Below, piece after piece: positions 19,862-30,800 of a DNA stretch of 64,000 nucleotides. Origin of the DNA: Escherichia phage AV109; the sequence record OR352939.1. The stretch is one strand, 5' to 3'. The position numbers and the translations under genes were made by a program. The notes under the pieces were generated by a model that had not been told where the DNA came from, ran no database searches, and was given only the letters and a program-made list of their open reading frames with translations. Each line of letters starts with the position of its first letter. The stretch's first letter is position 1.

Positions 19862-20537
19862 AGTTCCATCCAGGCCATTTTGAAGATTTAAGTCTATATG
19901 TAACTAAAGACGCAGAAATATTAAAAACATTTGAAACTTCTTTACACGAGGCGTATTTTATACCATCAATAATTATAGGTTTTTGTTTTTTAATAGTTCT
20001 TTCTTTAGAATGCGGCTTTGAATTTGCTATTCTAAGAGCTTCTTTGGTTGAATCAGGCATCGGCTTATTCGTTTTTCGCCCTTTTCGGACTTTACTCAAG
20101 GCCAATTTGTGAGCTTCAGATAGTTTCTTACCCTTATTAGGTGACGGTATTTTTCTTTCTAGTCTTGTTTTAGATACTTTAGCCTTAGTCTCTTCAGATC
20201 TAGGTTTACCTAATTTAGAAAGTGAAATAGACCTTTTAGCTTCATCACTTTGTTTTTTACCAGGACCACCTTTACCACCGGGAACTAAGTTATAAGTATC
20301 ATCTCGCAAAACAAAATCTTCATTAACCAATTCTGCTTCTTTTTTATAGGCGTCCTTGTCATTATCATATTCATAAAGAATTTCGGTATAAAAATTTTTT
20401 AGTCCATATTTAGCTTTGGCCGCTAATATAGCGCGGCCTGATCCAATATACCAATCTTTCTCTTTATGTTTTTTGTGTACGCCTATATAAATTTTACCAT
20501 TTATTTTATTGGTAGTTTTATACACAACGTATTTCAT
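19854..20537 (-). CDS. GIY-YIG homing endonuclease (Seg-like) with NUMOD repeats and C-terminal HTH
   Basis: N-terminal GKIYIGV..YIGSG motif, NUMOD-like repeats, C-terminal IDGIKYASCKEVSNVFNISASLVTYRLKS like I-TevI DNA-binding tail. Confidence 0.75.
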   Translation of the reverse strand: MKYVVYKTTNKINGKIYIGVHKKHKEKDWYIGSGRAILAAKAKYGLKNFYTEILYEYDNDKDAYKKEAELVNEDFVLRDDTYNLVPGGKGGPGKKQSDEAKRSISLSKLGKPRSEETKAKVSKTRLERKIPSPNKGKKLSEAHKLALSKVRKGRKTNKPMPDSTKEALRIANSKPHSKERTIKKQKPIIIDGIKYASCKEVSNVFNISASLVTYRLKSSKWPGWNYD

Positions 20538-20872
20538 AATAAGAAATCTAACGTATTAGTTTTTTCACCACGAGCAACTGATGGGCGAAGCATGTTTTCG
20601 TCAATTGCTTCGCTTGTAATTTTTTCAACAATTCCTGTAGGAATAAATTTAGCAAATTGTGTTTCTGGAATAGAATTTTCTTCCAAGAAAGCAGTTGTTG
20701 CTTCTAAATAAGACATACCAAATTGTTCAACCATGGATTCGATAATGAATCCGTTTTCTTGTCGGTCAAGCAATTTAGCGATATCATCTTTATCGTGTTT
20801 TACTGCTAATTCTTGTTCAGATAAACCGGCCTCATCAACCGGTTTAATATCACTTAGTGAAAACTGTGTCAT
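20534..20872 (-). CDS. 33: gp33 late-transcription co-activator
   Basis: 112 aa near-identical to remembered T4 gp33. Confidence 0.92.
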   Translation of the reverse strand: MTQFSLSDIKPVDEAGLSEQELAVKHDKDDIAKLLDRQENGFIIESMVEQFGMSYLEATTAFLEENSIPETQFAKFIPTGIVEKITSEAIDENMLRPSVARGEKTNTLDFLL

Positions 20873-21119
20873 AAAGCTCGACTACCTCTTCGTTTTCAGC
20901 TTCAAATTGGTCACGAGCGTCTTTATGATAAAGAGCTAACAAACGATTAAACATTTTTCCATCGACGCCAAGCTCTTCTTTAGCACGAGTACGAATGTCT
21001 TTAATCAGTTCATTATAACCAGAAATTTTAAGTTTGTTATCGGAAGCTTCTTTGACTAGTTTAGCCAGTTCTTCACCATGCACATCTTGATTAAATTCAA
21101 CTGCTTCTTTCTTAGCCAT
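20850..21119 (-). CDS. dsbA: DsbA double-stranded DNA-binding protein (late transcription)
   Basis: 89 aa from internal ATG (MAKKEAVEF..); near-identical to remembered T4 DsbA; track start 21137 would overlap rnh. Confidence 0.8.
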   Translation of the reverse strand: MAKKEAVEFNQDVHGEELAKLVKEASDNKLKISGYNELIKDIRTRAKEELGVDGKMFNRLLALYHKDARDQFEAENEEVVELYDTVFTK

Positions 21120-21126
21120 GTTTACC

Positions 21127-22044
21127 TCAGAATTCATTAATTACACTTGTTAATTTAGAAAGACCAGATTTTACAAAGTATGAATAAATCTTGCCTTTAG
21201 GTTGTGGTTTATATGAGTTATAATACTCTATAATGGTTGAAGCAATATTATCAGGGATATAATCAAAATCAATGAGAACCAAATTTTCTTGATACCGTTT
21301 ATATTCTTCTGCACTTAATAATACTTCAGCTTGAGAACGGTCATTAGCAATTGCTTCAATAATCGTTGTTTTCATGCTCGGAGTTCGTTCACCATCAACT
21401 CTGGTAAACCAGAAGTCACCACGAACTCGAACAGATGCAACGCCGTCTTTACGGTCACCTTTAAGAATTTTAGTCATGCAATCAATTTCAGCAGAACCGT
21501 TCTTAATTTTAACCCATTTTTTCTGTGGTGGCGACCACTGTTTAACGTTAGGATATTTGTGTAATTGTGTAAAGTCACCATCTGATGCAACAATACATAC
21601 CTTATGACCGGCTAATGACAAATATTTAGTTAATACACCGATATGGTCATCCGCTTCATACTTGTCAATATCCATTACAACGTATGGCATGTATTTCTTA
21701 ATCTCATCAACAACTTGATGGAGTGCAGTAAAATATCCTTCCCAATCCCACTTTGAAGCTTCACGATCGGTTTTACGATTTTTCTTGTAATAGTAAGCAA
21801 AATCACGTCGCCAATAACCTGAAGTAGCATTATCCATACACAATACAAATTTTGTATAGCCTTGCTTACGGAACATCACTACGTTTTTACGAATTGAATT
21901 CAAGATTACATGGCGAACCATCGGAACAGTAATTTTATCGCCGTCTTCAAAGTTGTTTAATGCGGCTGCCAATGCAATGTTACTAAAGTCGGCAAGTGCA
22001 ATACCTTCTTTGTAATCTTCATCCAACATCATTTCTAAATCCAT
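21127..22044 (-). CDS. rnh: RNase H (5'-3' exonuclease / flap endonuclease)
   Basis: 305 aa near-identical to remembered T4 RNase H. Confidence 0.92.
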   Translation of the reverse strand: MDLEMMLDEDYKEGIALADFSNIALAAALNNFEDGDKITVPMVRHVILNSIRKNVVMFRKQGYTKFVLCMDNATSGYWRRDFAYYYKKNRKTDREASKWDWEGYFTALHQVVDEIKKYMPYVVMDIDKYEADDHIGVLTKYLSLAGHKVCIVASDGDFTQLHKYPNVKQWSPPQKKWVKIKNGSAEIDCMTKILKGDRKDGVASVRVRGDFWFTRVDGERTPSMKTTIIEAIANDRSQAEVLLSAEEYKRYQENLVLIDFDYIPDNIASTIIEYYNSYKPQPKGKIYSYFVKSGLSKLTSVINEF

Positions 22045-22076
22045 ATGAACCTCTTGTTCAGTTAGTCAACTTGTCT

Positions 22077-22106
22077 ATAGTAACACACTCATTTGAAAGC
22101 GTAAAC
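22077..22106 (-). promoter_or_regulatory. T4-type early promoter (GTTTAC / TACTAT) for rnh
   Basis: minus-strand GTTTAC 22106-22101 and TACTAT 22082-22077. Confidence 0.5.
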
Positions 22107-22109
22107 TGG

Positions 22110-22117
22110 TATAAATA
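22110..22117 (+). promoter_or_regulatory. late promoter TATAAATA for gene 34
   Basis: exact TATAAATA 30 nt upstream of gene 34 ATG, divergent from rnh early promoter. Confidence 0.7.
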
Positions 22118-22147
22118 AGTATTATTGAAACAATAAAGGAAAAACGA

Positions 22148-25100
22148 ATGGCCGACATCAAACGTAAGTTCAGAGCCGAAGACGGTCTGGACGCCGGTGG
22201 CGACAAGATTGTTAACGTAGCATTAGCCGACCGTACAGTAGGTACTGATGGCGTAAACGTTGACTTCCTGGTACAAGAAAACACCGTTCAAGTATATGAT
22301 TCTACACGTGGATATAACAAAGGATTTGTTGTTCTTTATGACAACCGTTTATATCAAGCAATAAATGATATCGTGTCTCCTTCCGGGGCATTTAACCTTT
22401 TACAATGGCGTGCAGTTCGTACTGATACACAATGGATAACTGTCGCTTCTGGGACTTATCAACTTTCTTCAGGTGAATCGATTTCGGTTAACACTGGTGC
22501 CGGCAATGATATGGTTTTCACGTTGCCAAATACTCCTGTTGATGGTGATACTGTTGTTTTGGCTGATATTGGTGGAAGAACCGGGACAGTTAAAGTACAG
22601 ATTAACGCGTCTGTACAGAGTATTTTAAACTTTAGAGGTGAACAAGTTCGTACGGTTTTAATGACGCGTCCGCGTTCACAACTATTGTTTGTGTTTAGTA
22701 ATCGTTTGTGGCAGATGTATATTACCGATTATGGTAAAGAATCAATCACTGTTACACCTGCGACACCATATCAAGCACAAGCAAATGATTTTATCGTTCG
22801 TCGTTTTACTAGTGCAGCACCAATCAACATTACACTTCCACGTAATGCTAACAATGGTGATATAATCAGCCTAGTCGATTTAGATAGATTAAACCCACTG
22901 TATCATACAATTGTTAAAACATTTGATGATACAACGTCTATTGGTGAAGTCGGGACTCATATTGCCGAAGGCAGAAATGACTCTGACGCGTTTTTTGTTT
23001 TTGATGCCGCAAATAGTTTATGGCGTATATGGGAAGGCGACCAGAAATCGCGTCTTCGTATTATCCGTGCGGATTCAAATATTCGTCCAAATGAAGAAGT
23101 TCTTATTTTTGGCACAAATAACGCTACAGCCGGAACTATTAATCTTACGCTGCCTTCCGGAATTTTGAGTGGTGACACTGTTAAAATTTCAATGAACTAC
23201 ATGCGTAAAGGCCAAACAGTAAAAATTAAAGCTGCCGAAGGTGATACAATTGCTTCTTCTGTCGCATTACTTCAGTTCCCTAAACGTTCTGAATATCCAC
23301 CTGATGCTCAATGGGTTTCTGTTACTGAACTAGAATTCAATGGCACTACTTCATATGTTCCTGTGTTAGAATTAGCGTATATCGAAGACACTGTTGCTGG
23401 TACACGTTATTGGGTTGTTCAACAAAACGTCCCTACAGTAGAACGTGTTGATGCTGGAACTGATGCTACACGAGCTCGTTTAGGTGTTATTGCTCTTGCT
23501 ACTCAAGCGCAAGCAAATGTTGATTTAGAGAATACTCCAGCTAAAGAAGTGGCTATTACTCCGGAAACATTGGCAAATCGTACAGCAACTGAAGCTCGAC
23601 GTGGTATCGCTAAAATTGCTACAACAGCACAAGTTAACCAGAATTCCACAGCATCATTTGTGGACGATACTATTGTTACGCCTAAAAAACTAAATGAGCG
23701 TACAGCAACTGAAACTCGTCGCGGTCTTGCTGAAATTGCTACTCAGACCGAAACCGATGCTGGTCTTGATGACACAACGATTATTACACCTAAGAAATTG
23801 CAGGCACGTCAGGGTTCTGAAACACTATCGGGTATAGTTAAATATGTATCAACTACTTCTGCTACTCCTGCTGAAACTCGTGGGGCTGCAGGCACTAACG
23901 TTTATAATAAAACCGTAAATAATTTAACTATTTCTCCTAAAGCCCTTGACCAATATAAAGCAACTTATGCTCAACAAGGTGCAGTAATTTTAGCTGTTGA
24001 AAGTGAAGTAATTGCTGGTCAATCCCAAGCAGGTTATTCTCACGCTGTAGTAACTCCTGAAACACTACATAAGAAAACTTCTACTGATGGACGTATTGGT
24101 TTAATTGAAATTGCTACGCAAGCAGAAACTAATGCTGGGACTGATTATACACGTGCAGTAACGCCTAAGACGTTAAATGATAGGAAAGCTACGGAAGGAT
24201 TATCCGGCATAGCCGAACTTGCTACGCAAGTCGAATTTGATACTGGAACTGATGATACTCGTATCTCGACTCCACTGAAAATTAAAACTCATTTTGATTC
24301 TTCTGACCGTACCAGTGTTAATTCTGATTCCGGACTTATTGAAGAAGGAACCTTGTGGAACCATTATACTCTTGATATTTCTAAAGCAAATGAAACACAA
24401 CGTGGTACACTTCGCGTAGCGACCCAGGCAGAATCTAATGCAGGAACTTTAGATGATGTTCTTATTACTCCTAAAAAGCTTTTAGGGACTAAGTCCACTG
24501 AAACGTCTGAAGGCGTAATTAAGGTTGCTACTCAGGCTGAAACTGTAACAGGAACTTCTGCTAATACTGCTGTATCTCCTAAGAATTTAAAATGGATTGT
24601 CCAGAAAGAACCAACATGGGCTGCTACTACAGCAATTCGCGGATTCGTTAAAACTTCATCCGGTTCTATTACATTCGTTGGTAATGATACAGTTGGTTCA
24701 ACACAACCTTTAGAATCATATGAGAAAAATAGCTATGCAGTATCACCATATGAATTAAACCGTGTATTAGCAAATTATTTGCCGTTAAAAGCAAAAGCTG
24801 TAGATAGTAATTTATTGGATGGTCTAGATTCATCTCAGTTCATTCGTAGGGATATTGCACAGACGGTTAATGGTTCACTAACCTTAACCCAACAAACGAA
24901 TCTGAGTGCCCCTCTTGTATCATCTAGTACTGCTACGTTTGGTGGTTCAGTTTCGGCAAATAGTACATTGACTATTTCTAATACGGGAACAGCTACTCGA
25001 CTGATTTTTGAAAAAGGACCTCAGTCCGGAACAAATCCTGCTCAAACGATGACTATCAGAGTTTGGGGAAATGAATTTGGTGGTGGTTCAGATACAACAC

Positions 25101-26023
25101 GTTCTACTGTATTTGAAGTTGGTGATGAAACATCTAATCACTTTTATTCTCAACGTAATAAAGCTGGGAATATAACGTTTAGCATTAATGGTACTGTGAT
25201 GCCAATAAATGTTAACGCTTCAGGCACGTTAAATGCGAATGGTGTAGCAACATTTGGTCGTTCAGTTACAGCCAATGGTGAATTCATTAGCAAGTCTGCA
25301 AATGCTTTTAGAGCAATAAACGGTGATTATGGATTCTTTATTCGTAATGATGCCTCTAATACCTATTTTTTGCTCACTGCAGCCGGTGATCAGACTGGTG
25401 GTTTTAATGGATTACGCCCATTATTAATTAATAATCAATCCGGTCAGATTACAATTGGTGAAGGCTTAATCATCGCCAAAGGTGTTACTATAAATTCAGG
25501 CGGTTTGACTGTTAACTCGAGAATTCGTTCTCAGGGTATTAAAACATCTGATTTATATACTCGTGCGCCAACATCTGATACTGTAGGATTCTGGTCAATC
25601 GATATTAACGATTCAGCCACTTATAACCAGTTCCCAGGTTATTTTAAAATGGTTGAAAAAACTAATGAAGTGACTGGGCTTCCATACTTAGAACGCGGCG
25701 AAGAAGTTAAATCTCCTGGTACATTGACTCAGTTTGGTAATACACTTGATTCACTTTACCAAGATTGGATTACTTATCCAACAACTCCAGAAGCACGTAC
25801 CACTCGCTGGACACGTACATGGCAGAAAACTAAAAATTCTTGGTCAAGTTTTGTTCAGGTATTTGATGGAGGTAACCCTCCTCAACCATCTGATATTGGT
25901 GCTTTACCATCTGATAATGCTACAATGGGGAATCTTACTATTCGTGATTTCTTAAGGATTGGTAATGTCCGCATTATTCCAGACCCTGTGAATAAATCTG
26001 TTAAATTCGAGTGGATTGAATAA
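22148..26023 (+). CDS. 34: long tail fibre proximal subunit gp34
   Basis: 1291 aa; N-terminus matches remembered T4 gp34; internal tandem repeat units. Confidence 0.95.
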   Translation: MADIKRKFRAEDGLDAGGDKIVNVALADRTVGTDGVNVDFLVQENTVQVYDSTRGYNKGFVVLYDNRLYQAINDIVSPSGAFNLLQWRAVRTDTQWITVASGTYQLSSGESISVNTGAGNDMVFTLPNTPVDGDTVVLADIGGRTGTVKVQINASVQSILNFRGEQVRTVLMTRPRSQLLFVFSNRLWQMYITDYGKESITVTPATPYQAQANDFIVRRFTSAAPINITLPRNANNGDIISLVDLDRLNPLYHTIVKTFDDTTSIGEVGTHIAEGRNDSDAFFVFDAANSLWRIWEGDQKSRLRIIRADSNIRPNEEVLIFGTNNATAGTINLTLPSGILSGDTVKISMNYMRKGQTVKIKAAEGDTIASSVALLQFPKRSEYPPDAQWVSVTELEFNGTTSYVPVLELAYIEDTVAGTRYWVVQQNVPTVERVDAGTDATRARLGVIALATQAQANVDLENTPAKEVAITPETLANRTATEARRGIAKIATTAQVNQNSTASFVDDTIVTPKKLNERTATETRRGLAEIATQTETDAGLDDTTIITPKKLQARQGSETLSGIVKYVSTTSATPAETRGAAGTNVYNKTVNNLTISPKALDQYKATYAQQGAVILAVESEVIAGQSQAGYSHAVVTPETLHKKTSTDGRIGLIEIATQAETNAGTDYTRAVTPKTLNDRKATEGLSGIAELATQVEFDTGTDDTRISTPLKIKTHFDSSDRTSVNSDSGLIEEGTLWNHYTLDISKANETQRGTLRVATQAESNAGTLDDVLITPKKLLGTKSTETSEGVIKVATQAETVTGTSANTAVSPKNLKWIVQKEPTWAATTAIRGFVKTSSGSITFVGNDTVGSTQPLESYEKNSYAVSPYELNRVLANYLPLKAKAVDSNLLDGLDSSQFIRRDIAQTVNGSLTLTQQTNLSAPLVSSSTATFGGSVSANSTLTISNTGTATRLIFEKGPQSGTNPAQTMTIRVWGNEFGGGSDTTRSTVFEVGDETSNHFYSQRNKAGNITFSINGTVMPINVNASGTLNANGVATFGRSVTANGEFISKSANAFRAINGDYGFFIRNDASNTYFLLTAAGDQTGGFNGLRPLLINNQSGQITIGEGLIIAKGVTINSGGLTVNSRIRSQGIKTSDLYTRAPTSDTVGFWSIDINDSATYNQFPGYFKMVEKTNEVTGLPYLERGEEVKSPGTLTQFGNTLDSLYQDWITYPTTPEARTTRWTRTWQKTKNSWSSFVQVFDGGNPPQPSDIGALPSDNATMGNLTIRDFLRIGNVRIIPDPVNKSVKFEWIE

Positions 26024-26031
26024 GAGGTATT

Positions 26032-27159
26032 ATGGAAAAATTTATGGCTAAGTTTGGACAAGGATACGTCCAAACGCCATTTTTATCGGAAAGCAATTCA
26101 GTACGATTTAAATTAAGCATAGCGGGCTCTTGCCCGCTATCAACATCTCCTGCTTATATTAAGTTCCAGGATAATCCACTTGGGTCCCAGGTTTTTTCCG
26201 TTGGATTAAACGTTCGTGTAATAAATCCTACAACGGGTGCAGTAGTTGAATCTAAGACATATAATTTCTCTACTGAAAACGACGCCACGTCAAGTGCATT
26301 TGTTACTTTCATGGACACATATGCTTCAAATTTTATATTTGCTCTTGTTACTAACGCTAAAACAAACTTTCCGCCAGAAGTTCTTGCATGGTTTAATAAA
26401 GCCGGAAGTTCTGCTATTCCATTAGCTCAACAAGTTTTAAATATAGTGGACATTTCTTATTCGGCATTTTATATTTCTGGTAAGAATGCTATAGCACTAG
26501 AACATATTAAGTATAGTAATAAGAAAACTTCAACCGACTATAGTACACCACTTGATGTTGTGTACGACACGATCGATGATATTGGTGCTACCGGCTTCCC
26601 TAGTCGTACGTACGAATCGACAGACACATTTTTATCTGCTGTTGGAGGTACTAATAACGAAATTAAAAGGATGCCTACAACATCCCTTATTACACCTCTC
26701 GCTGGGTATAAATTGAAGCCTGGAGATTTCCTTTATATGAAATTCCAACTAATGGCAGATGCTGATTTGTTAGCACAAGGGACGACACGACTTTCTATTC
26801 GTTTCTTTAAATCTCCTTCTACTTCACCTATTTCATTTAAGGATACAAACTTTGATGGGGCTGCAGGTGAATGGAAGATATATGAAGACTACATAGAAAT
26901 TCCTGCCGGTGCTGACGGGTTCACGATTTATTGTTATCGTACGGCCCCAGTCGGGCAAGGCGGATTAAGAAACGTTATATTCACTGAAGTGTCATGTAAT
27001 GGAAGCGTTTCAAAACCTGCTGAGTTTGGTATAAATGGTATTCGTGTAAATTATGTTTCAGAATCTTTAAGTGCCCCAGACATAATGACATTACCTACTC
27101 AATCTTCAACTGATACCGGTAAGGTATTTGGACAAGAATTTAAAGAAGCATCAGAATAA
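26032..27159 (+). CDS. 35: long tail fibre hinge protein gp35
   Basis: 375 aa near-identical to remembered T4 gp35. Confidence 0.92.
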   Translation: MEKFMAKFGQGYVQTPFLSESNSVRFKLSIAGSCPLSTSPAYIKFQDNPLGSQVFSVGLNVRVINPTTGAVVESKTYNFSTENDATSSAFVTFMDTYASNFIFALVTNAKTNFPPEVLAWFNKAGSSAIPLAQQVLNIVDISYSAFYISGKNAIALEHIKYSNKKTSTDYSTPLDVVYDTIDDIGATGFPSRTYESTDTFLSAVGGTNNEIKRMPTTSLITPLAGYKLKPGDFLYMKFQLMADADLLAQGTTRLSIRFFKSPSTSPISFKDTNFDGAAGEWKIYEDYIEIPAGADGFTIYCYRTAPVGQGGLRNVIFTEVSCNGSVSKPAEFGINGIRVNYVSESLSAPDIMTLPTQSSTDTGKVFGQEFKEASE

Positions 27160-27164
27160 ATTTA

Positions 27165-27182
27165 GGGAGACCGAAGTCTCCC
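27165..27182 (+). terminator. hairpin GGGAGACCGAAGTCTCCC + AUUUUUG after gene 35
   Basis: third copy of the 18-nt palindromic element, followed by T-tract and then the gene 36 late promoter. Confidence 0.55.
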
Positions 27183-27189
27183 ATTTTTG

Positions 27190-27197
27190 TATAAATA
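27190..27197 (+). promoter_or_regulatory. late promoter TATAAATA for genes 36-37-38-t
   Basis: exact TATAAATA 25 nt upstream of gene 36 ATG. Confidence 0.7.
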
Positions 27198-27221
27198 TGG
27201 TATACATATAAGGAGACAACT

Positions 27222-27884
27222 ATGGCCGATTTAAAAGCTGGTAGTACAACTGGCGGTGCTGTTATATGGCATCAAGGTAATTTCCCTTTAATGCCAGCAG
27301 GTGATGACGTCCTGTATAAAACGTTTAAACTCTATTCAGAATATAATAAACCACAAGCTGCTGATAATGATTTCGTTTCTAAAGCTAATGGTGGTACTTA
27401 CGCTGCAACTGTTCGATTTAACGAAGGCGTACATGTTCCTACTGTAGGTAGTAGTCAACAGTGTGGTGTTTATCCAGGTAACGGTGATGCAGCTACTTTT
27501 GATATGGCAAATATTGACATCGTTTCGTGGAATGGTATTGGTTTTAAGTCATCACAAGGTTCAGCAGACCGAACTGTTGTTATTAACGCTCGTAATGGTG
27601 ATATTAGTACAAAAGGCGTTGTGACAGCAGTAGGTCAAATAAGAAGTAATGCAGTTGCTCCAGTTGCAGCAAATGATCTCACAAGAAAAGATTATGTTGA
27701 TGGACGAATAAATATTGTTACGGATAACGCAAATTCCCGTGTATTGCGTTCTGGCGATACCATGACTGGTACTTTAACAGCACCAAACTTTTTCTCACAG
27801 AATCCGGCATCCGAGGCTAATCATGTTCCACGATTTGATCAAATCGTAATTAAGGATTCTGTTCAAGATTTCGGCTATTATTAA
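27222..27884 (+). CDS. 36: long tail fibre gp36 (distal hinge connector)
   Basis: 220 aa near-identical to remembered T4 gp36. Confidence 0.92.
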   Translation: MADLKAGSTTGGAVIWHQGNFPLMPAGDDVLYKTFKLYSEYNKPQAADNDFVSKANGGTYAATVRFNEGVHVPTVGSSQQCGVYPGNGDAATFDMANIDIVSWNGIGFKSSQGSADRTVVINARNGDISTKGVVTAVGQIRSNAVAPVAANDLTRKDYVDGRINIVTDNANSRVLRSGDTMTGTLTAPNFFSQNPASEANHVPRFDQIVIKDSVQDFGYY

Positions 27885-27892
27885 GAGGACTT

Positions 27893-30800
27893 ATGGCTAC
27901 ATTAAAACAGATACAATTTAAAAGAAGCAAAGTAGCAGGAGTTAATCCTACTGCAGCACAATTAGCCGAAGGCGAATTAGCGATAAACTTAAAAGATCGA
28001 ACTCTTTTTACTAAAGATGACCTCGGTAATATTATTAGCCTAGGCTTTGCTAAGGGTGGGGATATTAACGGTAATGTAACTCAAACTGGCGATTATTTAC
28101 AAAACGGCACGTATAATCTCAATGGAAATCAGTTTGTTTACGCAGGAAAATACATTGAATTTTTACCTAAAACCACTGGAAATGGCGCTTGGGCTAACCA
28201 ACATTCGAATAAAGCCCCTATCTTTACAGATTTAAGTTCAACTACTTCTGTTTCAGAATACCATCCACTGATTAAACAACGTTATAAAGATGGAACTTTT
28301 TCTGCTGGTACATTAGTAAACGAAGGTAGTTTTAAATTCCATTATATTGATGAAACCGGGACTTCAAAATACTGGACTTTTAATCGAAACGGTAATTTTC
28401 AAGTTGATTCCGGAAGTTTATTAGTATCTAATGGATATTTAGTTACTCAAAGTAATATTGAAACTAAAGCTGGTTCTTTAATTGGTCCTAAAGTTATTAC
28501 CAAAAATATCAATGTGAGTACTAAATCTTGGGACACTAATATTGATACTGCATATGATTTAGTTTCATTACCGACTTGGCACTATACTCCAACCGAAACA
28601 GATTTGGATACTAATGGTATAAACTACCTTCGTAAATTCCGCGGACATGTTTCTTCTGCTATTTTCCATGAAGTTGCTGATGCTCGTTCAGGTAAACCAC
28701 AGAATATTTCGTATTGGACGGGACGTAATGCTGAAGTTTATCAATGGTCTTATACCACAGACGGGCGTATGTCTGTTGCTAATTCGATAGGTATAGGTCT
28801 TGCTGATGTTGGTGACCAAGGACGTTATCCATTGGTTTCGTTTGGTAAAGGTATTGCAATTGGTGACAATGATACTGGTATTAAATGGGTTCGTGACGGC
28901 GTTATTGATTTGATTGCTAACGGTGTTTCGACCGGTACAATAAACAGTACTGGTGTTAATAGTACAAAGAAATTAACAGTTGGGTATAGCCGTGATTCTG
29001 GATCTACTTGGGATTATCCGAATACCAACCAGGCAATGTTCAGCGCTAGAACAGAAGTTGATGGTAATAATAACGGTGATGGTCAAACTCACATTGGTTA
29101 TAGTTCTAATGCTAAGATGTATCATTATTTCCGTGGCGCTGGCCGCATGGCCATCAGCATGGGTGAAGGTCTTATTGTCGAACCAGGAATTCTTGATATT
29201 AAAACCGGTTCAAATTCGTTAAATTTGCGTGCTGATGGTACCATCGCTTCTGTTCAAACGTTAAAACTTAATAATGGATTATATTTTAATGGTGATGGAA
29301 CTAATGCTTCTCTAATTTTTAAAGCAGCTTCAGGTATTGATGGTACTAAGCAAATTTTGTGGGAAGGCGGTACTCGTGCAGGTCAGAACAAAAGTTATGT
29401 GACCGTGAAAGCATGGGGTAACTCATTTAATGCTACTGGTGATAAAGCTCGAGAAACCGTATTTGAGGTTTCTGATGGCCAAGGTTATTATTTCTATTCT
29501 CAACGCGTAGCTCCGACCGGTTCTGAAACTACAGGCCCTGTTGTAACTCAGTTCAATGGACAGGTTAATGCTAGAGGAAGCTTAATAACCGACGGAAGTC
29601 TTAGAGTTAACGGATTAAGCACTCTAGTTGGCAACGTTACAATGAATAATGGATTGTTTGTTCAAGGCGGTTCTTCTATTACTGGACAAGTTAAAATTGG
29701 TGGAACAGCTGATGCATTAAGAATTTGGAATGCTGAATACGGTGCTATTTTCCGTCGTTCTGAAGATAAGCTTTATATTATTCCAACTCCGCAGAATGCT
29801 GGTGAATCAGGTGGTATTTCTAATTTACGTCCGTTCTATATTGCATTAAGTAATGGTAAAGTTTCTATGGATCATGATGTAGATATCGGCGGCGGCAGAT
29901 TTAAAGTAGAAGCTGCTGGAACTACGGCTGGTCAACGCATAACAGTAAATATGGCATCAGATGCTATTAGAATAAATGCTCCAACACAAGAGTCTTCTAA
30001 CTTCATTCAAGGACGTAAAGCAGATGTTCCGAAATGGTATTTAGGTATTGGCGACGGCGGCAACGTCGTTCGTATGCACAGTTACACATATTCACATGGT
30101 ATTGCATTAAACTCTGATTCTGTCGATATTACTAAACCTCTTAAAGTCGGAAATGCCCAACTAGGAACCGATGGCAATATCACGGGCGGTTCCGGTAACT
30201 TTGCTAACCTAAATACCGCATTAAACCGCAAGGTAAATTCAGGATTTGTAACATACGGTGCAACTGCCGGATGGTATAAATTCGCCACAGTAACGATGCC
30301 ACAATCTACTTCTACTGTTTCATTTACTGTAACTGGTGGTAAAGGATTTAATACTGGACTGTTTACACAGTGTGCTATAACAGAAATTGTTCTTCGTACT
30401 GGTAATGACCACCCAATAGGTTTAAACGCGGTGATGTATACCAGAACAGCTGCGGGTTTTACTGATATTGCTGTAGTTAATACCTCAGGAAATACATATG
30501 ATGTCTATGTTGAATCTGGCACTTATGCCAACCAATTAGCTTATACCTGGCATGCAGTTGATAATGCTACCGTAAAAGTTATTGGTGCTTTTGGTCCGAC
30601 TCAAGACCCGGTAGATTCTTTGCCGGTTGATTATGTTAAAGGCCAGGTAGCTAACATGCTTAACAACCTGGTAGACACAGGTAAAGTAAAACGTTATGAA
30701 GCCGATTCTGAAATAGCTATTAATAACCCAACCGGTATTCGTATCAGAAGTAACTATGATAAAACTGGTTCTGTGGCTACAATGTTACGAAATGATGGCG